Of a stretch of 32,000 bases of DNA, positions 1-6,155 are shown piece after piece. The position numbers and the translations under genes are program-made. The notes under the pieces are model-generated. The model made no database searches. It worked only from the letters and a program-made list of their open reading frames with translations, and was not told where the DNA came from. Within the stretch, counting starts at the first letter, position 1. Every line of letters starts with the position of its first letter. Source of the DNA: Candidatus Jordarchaeales archaeon (GTDB lineage Archaea > Asgardarchaeota > Jordiarchaeia > Jordiarchaeales > Freyrarchaeaceae); contig JAWCFL010000006.1 of assembly GCA_038858525.1 (NCBI GenBank), positions 1 through 32,000 on the forward strand, written 5' to 3'.

Positions 1-492
1 ACCGTTAACGACTTCGATTTTTACGTTGTGAGGGGCGAAGTAGCGCTCTAGGTATTTGAAGCCGAACCTCGTAAGCCTATCCTTAAAGGCTACTATGACA
101 GCTCCTACCTCCCCTTTCTCAACCATATCAAAAACTCTGTCCAGGGACTCTCTGTTCTCGTTGAGCCCGCTTGCCGCATCCTCTAAGATCGCGACAACCT
201 CATATCCTTTAGATTTGGCGTAACTCAGTAAACTTTGCTTCTGCCCCTCCAAATCCCCCTTCTGTTTCTGGTCATGAGGGGAAACTCTAGCATAAATCAC
301 GGCTTTTTTGGACATGTCTGTTTTAACAATACCCATCAAACGCTCAACTTCACTTTCAGGTATCCTCCTCCTACCACCAACAGTCCTAACAACTCTAATT
401 TTACCTTGTTTATCCCATTTCCTAAGCGTATTTGGATGAATGCCTAATCTCTCGCAGGCTTCGCTGAGCGTCAGCAACCTCTCAATCATCAT
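1..492 (-). CDS. tnpA: IS607-family transposase TnpA (MerR-like HTH + serine recombinase), 3' end runs off the window
   Basis: Manual translation of the minus strand (absent from the ORF track): MMIERLLTLSEACERLGIHPNTLRKWDKQGKIRVVRTVGGRRRIPESEVERL...AVIYARVSPHDQKQKGDLEGQ...DAASGLNENR...VAFKDRLTRFGFKYLE. N-terminal HTH, YARVS catalytic Ser motif and DRLxRFGF motif are typical of IS607 TnpA. Confidence 0.93.
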   Translation of the reverse strand, partial: MMIERLLTLSEACERLGIHPNTLRKWDKQGKIRVVRTVGGRRRIPESEVERLMGIVKTDMSKKAVIYARVSPHDQKQKGDLEGQKQSLLSYAKSKGYEVVAILEDAASGLNENRESLDRVFDMVEKGEVGAVIVAFKDRLTRFGFKYLERYFAPHNVKIEVVNG

Positions 493-514
493 ACAAATAA
501 ATGTTAAGAAGTGT

Positions 515-522
515 TATATAAA
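515..522 (-). promoter_or_regulatory. Putative TATA box for tnpA (leaderless transcript)
   Basis: Minus strand TTTATATA centred about 26 nt upstream of the ATG at 492. Confidence 0.5.
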
Positions 523-570
523 GTTATCTATTCAGGAACTGATGCAAACCCATAAAGTTCAATTACAAAC

Positions 571-596
571 AAATTGTTGTAATATTACAACAATTT
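571..596. repeat. Perfect 26-bp palindrome AAATTGTTGTAATATTACAACAATTT
   Basis: Sequence equals its own reverse complement. Lies between divergent tnpA and the longin-like gene. Confidence 0.9.
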
Positions 597-645
597 AGGA
601 TGCACTAAAAAATTTAGATTAACGATATTATTAATTCTTTCTAAA

Positions 646-669
646 CACTATAATATTTTTATTGTAGTG
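646..669. repeat. Imperfect inverted repeat CACTATAAT-N6-ATTGTAGTG
   Basis: 9-bp arms with one mismatch, in the same AT-rich spacer. Confidence 0.6.
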
Positions 670-814
670 GCGTATATTATGAAATAATTCGAATTTTTAC
701 CTCCATTTTTTTGAAGATAATTCATTCAAACTAAAGAAAAGCATATATTTTTGTTTTACGTTTCCTGATCTTCGGATATCAATGTAGCAGTTCTCGCTAG
801 CGGGGGTGCTCACG

Positions 815-1324
815 ATGATACTAGATGTATATATAATGAATAAAAGCGGCGTCTGCCTATGTAAACGTACATATGGCGAAATGACGGGGCGTGAAACAGA
901 CTCTGACGGTCTTCTTCTAACAGGTTTTATGAGTGCGTTAATGACTTTTACAGAGCATATTGGTGAAGCTAAACTCGAAGTGATAAGAACAGACAAGTAT
1001 GTTCTCATTTGCAATACAAGTGACCCTATCGCAGTAATAATTATAGCTACAGGGGAAAGAGAAGAGACGGTAAAAGAAATCGCTGAAGATATTCTGAAAA
1101 GCTTCAAATCTCTTCATTCTCACGAGCTTGAACAATGGGACGGCAACATAGAACAGTTCCAAGCATTCTCAAAAGAAATAGATGAGATAATAAACTCTAA
1201 ACTGAAAAAACAAAAAATGAAAGAACTCATACTAACTAGCAACGCAGACGCGAAAAAGATTGCAGAACTCATACTCGCCGAGATCGACCAACAACTTCAA
1301 AAAATAATAACGAAAAGCGTTTAA
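815..1324 (+). CDS. Longin-like domain protein with C-terminal helical extension
   Basis: MILDVYIMNKSGVCL...LLTGFMSALMTF..HIG..KLEVI...WDGNIEQF..F..EIDEII matches the pattern I recognise for Asgard longin/AP-sigma-like domains. ATG 815 follows GGGGGTG; the track starts at GTG 806. Confidence 0.7.
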   Translation: MILDVYIMNKSGVCLCKRTYGEMTGRETDSDGLLLTGFMSALMTFTEHIGEAKLEVIRTDKYVLICNTSDPIAVIIIATGEREETVKEIAEDILKSFKSLHSHELEQWDGNIEQFQAFSKEIDEIINSKLKKQKMKELILTSNADAKKIAELILAEIDQQLQKIITKSV

Positions 1325-1572
1325 CTCACTTCTTTCAAGGAAATCCTCATATTGGGGAACTCCTTTCTGATTACGCCGACCACTTCGCTTAAATAGCCTT
1401 TCCCCTCGCTCCGAAGAAGAACAAACATATAGTTCCATGCAGGAAAAAGAGATATGACGCACACGAACCTTCCACCATACCTAACGTAATATTCGTAATA
1501 ATGCCTTCTAACTTTATACCCTCGCTTCTCAAGTTCCAGTGCAATTCTACTAAGCTTATTTGCCTCCTTCAT
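1321..1572 (-). CDS. Hypothetical protein, 83 aa (alpha/beta)
   Basis: Fills the gap exactly, same strand as V4R and roadblock genes, stop codon overlaps the longin stop (TTAA 1321-1324). No family recognised. Confidence 0.7.
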   Translation of the reverse strand: MKEANKLSRIALELEKRGYKVRRHYYEYYVRYGGRFVCVISLFPAWNYMFVLLRSEGKGYLSEVVGVIRKEFPNMRISLKEVS

Positions 1573-1591
1573 TGTTACTTCTCTTCTCTTT

Positions 1592-2059
1592 TTATTGTAT
1601 TTTTCTTATCGTGAAAACGCATTTATCTGCTCCCTCGCTTCTCAATTTTTCTGCTTTAACCTCGACGTCACCGAGAGCCTTACGGGCTGCCTCTTCTATT
1701 ACGCCATGAGTATAAGTGCAGTAGAACTTGCTTGTAATGTCGAAGTTCAATTTTTCAAATGGGCAGACAGTGAACGTTACTTTCATTTCTCCACCACTAC
1801 TCTCAAACGAGACGTTATCTGTTCCAACTGCGGGAGCTATAATATCCATTGCTAAAAGCTCTACAAACTTTTCAGGAGTCCAAGAATCCACACCATACTT
1901 TTTCCTTAGCCTCGCCTCGACTCGTTCACCCACAGACTCTCCAACCAACCTGAAAACAGTTCTGACAGTTTCCCTTCCCGCTATGGCGTCAAGCCTACTC
2001 ATCAGAAGCGCAAACACGCGAGTAATAAACCTGTGAAGCCTCTCTAAGTCCTCAGACAA
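1592..2059 (-). CDS. V4R / MetOD1 / Bet3-like fold protein
   Basis: C-terminal VCPF...FYCTYTHGVIE...GADKCVFTI signature with three Cys. TTG start after GGGGTGA. Confidence 0.75.
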   Translation of the reverse strand: MSEDLERLHRFITRVFALLMSRLDAIAGRETVRTVFRLVGESVGERVEARLRKKYGVDSWTPEKFVELLAMDIIAPAVGTDNVSFESSGGEMKVTFTVCPFEKLNFDITSKFYCTYTHGVIEEAARKALGDVEVKAEKLRSEGADKCVFTIRKIQ

Positions 2060-2077
2060 ATCTTCACCCCCTTTTAC

Positions 2078-2455
2078 CTAATAAAGTAACTTTTTGATCT
2101 CCTCTACTGCTTTACTCATCTCCCAAAAAACAAGACCCAAATTCGCATCGCTTCTAACCAAGACGGTTAAAAGGTGAGCGTCGCCTATGCTCATGACCAC
2201 GGTCTGCCCTTCATTACCTGTTATCAAAACCCGTTGGAGCACACCCTGATCAAGCTCAGCTACAGTTCTTTTACCTATACCCAAAGCAGCCACAGCCATA
2301 GCTGCCACAAGCCGCGGGTCAGCAACGTCTGAAGGTAGATCAGAAGCCATAAGCATGCCCTCATTAGTTACCACGGCACTACCCAGAACATCAGATGCCC
2401 GCCGCCCTAGATCCTTCAAAACACCAACAAGCTTCTTTCTAACATCGTCAGCCAC
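2078..2455 (-). CDS. Roadblock/LC7 (MglB-like) domain protein
   Basis: SAVVTNEGMLMASDLP...LVAAMAVAALGIGKRTVAEL.QG.LQRVLITGNEG...LLTVLVRSDANLGLV is a classic roadblock pattern. Likely GTG start at 2455 after GGAGGTG; the track starts at 2473. Confidence 0.92.
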   Translation of the reverse strand: MADDVRKKLVGVLKDLGRRASDVLGSAVVTNEGMLMASDLPSDVADPRLVAAMAVAALGIGKRTVAELDQGVLQRVLITGNEGQTVVMSIGDAHLLTVLVRSDANLGLVFWEMSKAVEEIKKLLY

Positions 2456-2655
2456 CAAAAACACCTCCAGCAAAATCAGCCCGCAAAAACATTCTCAAAT
2501 ACAAAATTAAACTTTACGCACAAAAACAAAGAATTAACCAAAAATGCCACTTGCTGCAAAAAATCGTTTAGTTTATAATAAAAATTTTTCAAAATAATTT
2601 AAAAAATAAGCACTTTTCCAACAAAGTTATTATAATATGATTAAATGAATCTTAA

Positions 2656-2815
2656 TGGTGGGCCCGGCGAGAGACCCGGCGAGAAACTTTCGGACTCGCT
2701 GGATAGCCTTCACAGCCAACCACTCGCGACCTCCCGGTTTCAAACCCGCTACAAAGCGAGTTATCAGCCGGGCGCTTTAGCCGCTAAGGCTCTAACCAGG
2801 CTGAGCTACGGGCCC
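2656..2815 (-). tRNA. tRNA-Ile(GAU) with four predicted introns and encoded CCA
   Basis: Exons 2815-2792, 2776-2762, 2738-2723, 2694-2689 and 2672-2656 join to GGGCCCG TA GCTC AGCCTGGTTA GAGC G CCCGG CTGATAA CCGGG AGGTC GCGAG TCCGAAT CTCGC CGGGCCC A CCA (78 nt), with all four stems perfectly paired. Anticodon GAT at 2765-2763, discriminator A73. Confidence 0.9.
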
Positions 2816-3020
2816 ACTCAGTTTGAGCATTTCCCATCGGTTCTTTTATGGTTTTCGGTTTCACCCCCTATTAAAAAGGGGACAAATCCTACGCTTTCCT
2901 TAAACCAAACTAATAAAGCATTCCTCTACATCCCCCCTATCTGGTGAGGAAGAGTAAATTTTATAACAAGTTCTACTCGTTGTAGCTTCGAAGCCAAAAA
3001 GGAAAAGGAAGGGATATTTT

Positions 3021-4553
3021 ATGGTTGACGCGTTTCCCTGGTGGACTGATGCACAGAAGTCGTTTCAAAAGGAGCTGAGCGAGTACGTCAGTAAAGTTCT
3101 ACCTAGAGCTGAGGAAGCATACTGGGAACGACGTTTCCCGTGGGATCTCATAAAAGAGATAGGAAAGAAAGGCTACTTTGGTGCTGGGGTCCCTAAGGAA
3201 TACGGGGGACTCGGCCTCGGAATCACAGGATGCTGCATAGCAGCAGAACAACTTGGCAGACTTTACTGTATAGGACATATGTTCGTGACGAGCCACATAG
3301 GTGGTTACCATCAAATACTCTTCCACGGAACTGAGGAGCAGAAGAAAAAGTGGCTTTCTGGTTTAGCTAAAGGAGTTCTCGGCGCTGTCTGTATAACTGA
3401 GCCATACTACGGTTCAGACGCTGCGGGAATCGAAACAGTAGCTGTTCGTGAAGGAGACGAGTACGTTATAACTGGTAAGAAGAGGTTCATCACGGCAGGT
3501 GGCGTCGCCGACAGGTATCTCCTCTACGCAAGGACTAGTGATGACCCTGAAGATAGGCGGCGGTATAGGCACCTTTCAGCCTTCGTCCTTGAAAAAGGCA
3601 TGCCTGGCTTCTCTCTCGAAAAAATAAATGAGCTGATAGGCTTCGAAAATGTTCCTAACGCGTATCTCCATCTCGATCACGTTCGTGTACCCGTAGAAAA
3701 CAGAATAGGAAACGAGGGAGACGGCTGGAACATAATGATGGGCGGACTAAACTTCGAGAGGACTCTCTGCGCCGCCGTCACGTTGGGAGGAATGCTCGAG
3801 GCACTAAGGTGTATCTATAACTACCTTCAGAGGAGAGTGCAGTTCGGCATGAGAACAATTGATTTCGTCAACAACCAGTTCGCAATAGCGGATATGATTG
3901 CAGATTACAGGATCGCTCGGCTTGTAACGTACTACTCTGCTTACACGATGGATATAGGTCTTAACATGCCAGTAGAAGCGGCTGCATCAAAAATGTTCAC
4001 GTCGGACGCTTCCCTGAGAATGGGGATTAATGGAGTCCAAATAATGGGTGGAGACGGTTTGACCAAATTCTACCCGGTCGAGAGGCTCGTAAGGGAATCA
4101 AAGATAGGCCAGATCATAGCTGGAACAAACGAGATAATGAAAGTTATCATTTACAGAATGGGCCCGCTCGCCATGTACGAGGACCTCATATACCCGTGGA
4201 GGTTCACGCTACACCCACGCCTCCAAGTCCCAATGCCAACGTTCGAAAAATCACCCTTCGCAGGACAGGAAGTCAACGAGGCAAACATGCTCAAGCTCTT
4301 CGCACTAAACTACCGAATAAACCCAGGACTCTACATGACAATAGAAGACATAGCAAAAGAGTTCGAAGCGCCACAAGAAAAAATCATAGAAGTCCTCCAA
4401 GCCATGGAAGCAAAAGGACTAGCATCGCTCTACAAGGACCGCAGAGGAAGAATACTAATGGCAAGACCAACATACAAAGCTCTCATGCAGGCGGCACCAC
4501 CAGAGTACTACCGCTGGTTCCCCGAGTGGTACAGGGACGAAGACAAGTTCTAA
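3021..4553 (+). CDS. Acyl-CoA dehydrogenase (IVD/LCAD-type catalytic Glu placement) with C-terminal extension
   Basis: ITEPYYGSDAAG, GKKRFIT, GNEGDGW, LNFER, RVQFG, QIMGGDG and IIAGTNEI motifs. About 120 aa beyond the normal ACAD end. Confidence 0.93.
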   Translation: MVDAFPWWTDAQKSFQKELSEYVSKVLPRAEEAYWERRFPWDLIKEIGKKGYFGAGVPKEYGGLGLGITGCCIAAEQLGRLYCIGHMFVTSHIGGYHQILFHGTEEQKKKWLSGLAKGVLGAVCITEPYYGSDAAGIETVAVREGDEYVITGKKRFITAGGVADRYLLYARTSDDPEDRRRYRHLSAFVLEKGMPGFSLEKINELIGFENVPNAYLHLDHVRVPVENRIGNEGDGWNIMMGGLNFERTLCAAVTLGGMLEALRCIYNYLQRRVQFGMRTIDFVNNQFAIADMIADYRIARLVTYYSAYTMDIGLNMPVEAAASKMFTSDASLRMGINGVQIMGGDGLTKFYPVERLVRESKIGQIIAGTNEIMKVIIYRMGPLAMYEDLIYPWRFTLHPRLQVPMPTFEKSPFAGQEVNEANMLKLFALNYRINPGLYMTIEDIAKEFEAPQEKIIEVLQAMEAKGLASLYKDRRGRILMARPTYKALMQAAPPEYYRWFPEWYRDEDKF

Positions 4554-4614
4554 ACTCTCCTTTCTTACCCTCCTCTTTTGTTTTTACTGCTCCCTAATGT
4601 TGAGAGGGTGAACA

Positions 4615-5475
4615 TTGAGAGTTATAGATGCTCATATCCACCTTATTCCTGAAAAAATCGTTAGCACTAGTGTTCTGAGTTTGATGCAGCGTTTCTTTCA
4701 AGTTGATCCAGAATTCTACCTTCAAATTGCCCGGAACCCTAACAACCTTGTCAGTTATCTTGACAGGTATAACATTGATGCCGTTGCTGTAATGTCTTAT
4801 CCTGCCCCGGACGTCATGGGGTGGGGCGACGAACTTGTAGAAGCTGTAGGCGAGTACACAAGTAGCCACCCTGACCGGCTGTTTTTCTTCTGCTCGGTTC
4901 ATCCCCGGTTTGAGGACAAACCTACGAAAAAACTAGAACACCTTTATAGCAAGTATGAAGTAAGAGGAATAAAGCTTCACCCGGTCCATCAACTCTTCAA
5001 GCCGAATGCTTACTTGCCTGAAGAGGGCGGAATGCATACACTAGAAGAAATTTATCAGTTTGCAATTGACCATGATGTCCCCGTTCTTTTCCATACAGGA
5101 ACAAGCGTATTCCCGAGGGCTCGGAACAAATACGGCGACCCGATATTTCTAGACGACGTAGCCACTGATTATCCCAAACTAGAAATAATAATGAGTCATG
5201 GCGGTCGCCCAATATGGATGAAGACTTCAGTCTTCTTGCTACGGAGGCACCCAAATATAACGCTTGACATTTCAGGCATACCACCAAAGAAGTTGACAGA
5301 ATATTTCCCAGACATAGAGAAATTCGCTGACAGAAGCATGTTCGGCTCCGACTGGCCAAGCCCCGGAGTACCGACAATACACGGCAACATAGAACAATTT
5401 TTAAACACAGAGCTTTCCACTCAAGCAAAAGAAAAAATACTTTTTGAGACAGCATCCAAAAAACTTAAACTATAA
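4615..5475 (+). CDS. Amidohydrolase family protein (Amidohydro_2, TIM-barrel metallohydrolase)
   Basis: VIDAHIH, GIKLHP, VLFHTG, SHGG and FGSDWP motifs. Confidence 0.9.
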   Translation: MRVIDAHIHLIPEKIVSTSVLSLMQRFFQVDPEFYLQIARNPNNLVSYLDRYNIDAVAVMSYPAPDVMGWGDELVEAVGEYTSSHPDRLFFFCSVHPRFEDKPTKKLEHLYSKYEVRGIKLHPVHQLFKPNAYLPEEGGMHTLEEIYQFAIDHDVPVLFHTGTSVFPRARNKYGDPIFLDDVATDYPKLEIIMSHGGRPIWMKTSVFLLRRHPNITLDISGIPPKKLTEYFPDIEKFADRSMFGSDWPSPGVPTIHGNIEQFLNTELSTQAKEKILFETASKKLKL

Positions 5476-6090
5476 CTTTACTTTTCCTCCAAGGAAAACG
5501 CTTTTTCAAGAACATCAAAACTAGAAGGACTCTAAAAGTAGAAAAGAGATTTTTCTATTGCCCTTTTTTGCATAGTCTTGTCGAGGACGCCAGGACTTCG
5601 AGTGCTAAGTGCTAAGAAAGTGTTATAATTAGCGATACAAGGGACGCGTCTCTACTAATAGTGTCGATACAAGAGAACCCCAAATGTGAGATATAGTGCA
5701 AACCCCCAGCGACCTGCTGCTCTTGTTTGACCATGCCAAATAATAAAAGATTATCGTCGAGATTCCAATTGTGCTTTCGTATATGAAGAAGCTGTAATTA
5801 TTCATCTATTTAGTAAGAAAGGAAATTTGCTGTTATGCACGGTGTATTCTATGTGATGCCTCCTCAGAGGAAAACTCTAATAATAATACTCGGAGCTCAG
5901 CGGTTCCCCTTTTCTGCCTCAAACCTTATCTTGTTGTTAATGTTCACTATCGCAATCGCTAAAGGCTTTCATCTTCATCTTCCTATGTATTTACTTTCAA
6001 TAAGCGAAAGCAGTTTATCTACGTAGATCTCCCTGATCACTCGGGAAACCCCCATCATGAAAAATATTTGATCAAATTTTGAGTTATTCG

Positions 6091-6104
6091 GAAAAACTTT
6101 AAAA
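6091..6104 (+). promoter_or_regulatory. Putative BRE+TATA promoter of valS
   Basis: GAAAAA-CTTTAAAA about 50-65 nt upstream of ATG 6156. Confidence 0.45.
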
Positions 6105-6155
6105 CATATGACTCTTCTTATCTTTGATAAACTGTTTTCAGAGTTGGGGGCCATT

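Larger units (their letters stand above)
1..560 (-). mobile_element. Left part of an IS607-family insertion sequence (boundary approximate; tnpB expected beyond the window edge)
   Basis: TnpA at 1-492. IS607 elements lack terminal inverted repeats, so the end cannot be placed exactly. Confidence 0.7.

Noticed and set aside
235-447. 70-aa plus-strand ORF
   Set aside because: Shadow of the IS607 tnpA on the minus strand.
697-1462. Minus-strand ORFs 697-1107, 938-1162 and 1232-1462
   Set aside because: Antisense to, or out of frame with, better-supported longin-like and 83-aa genes.
2645-2947. 100-aa plus-strand ORF in the track
   Set aside because: Antisense to the tRNA gene and its promoter region; no protein-like features.
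4196-5455. Overlapping ORFs 4196-4597, 4594-4902, 4997-5455 and 5196-5420
   Set aside because: Alternate-frame or antisense shadows of the ACAD and amidohydrolase genes.
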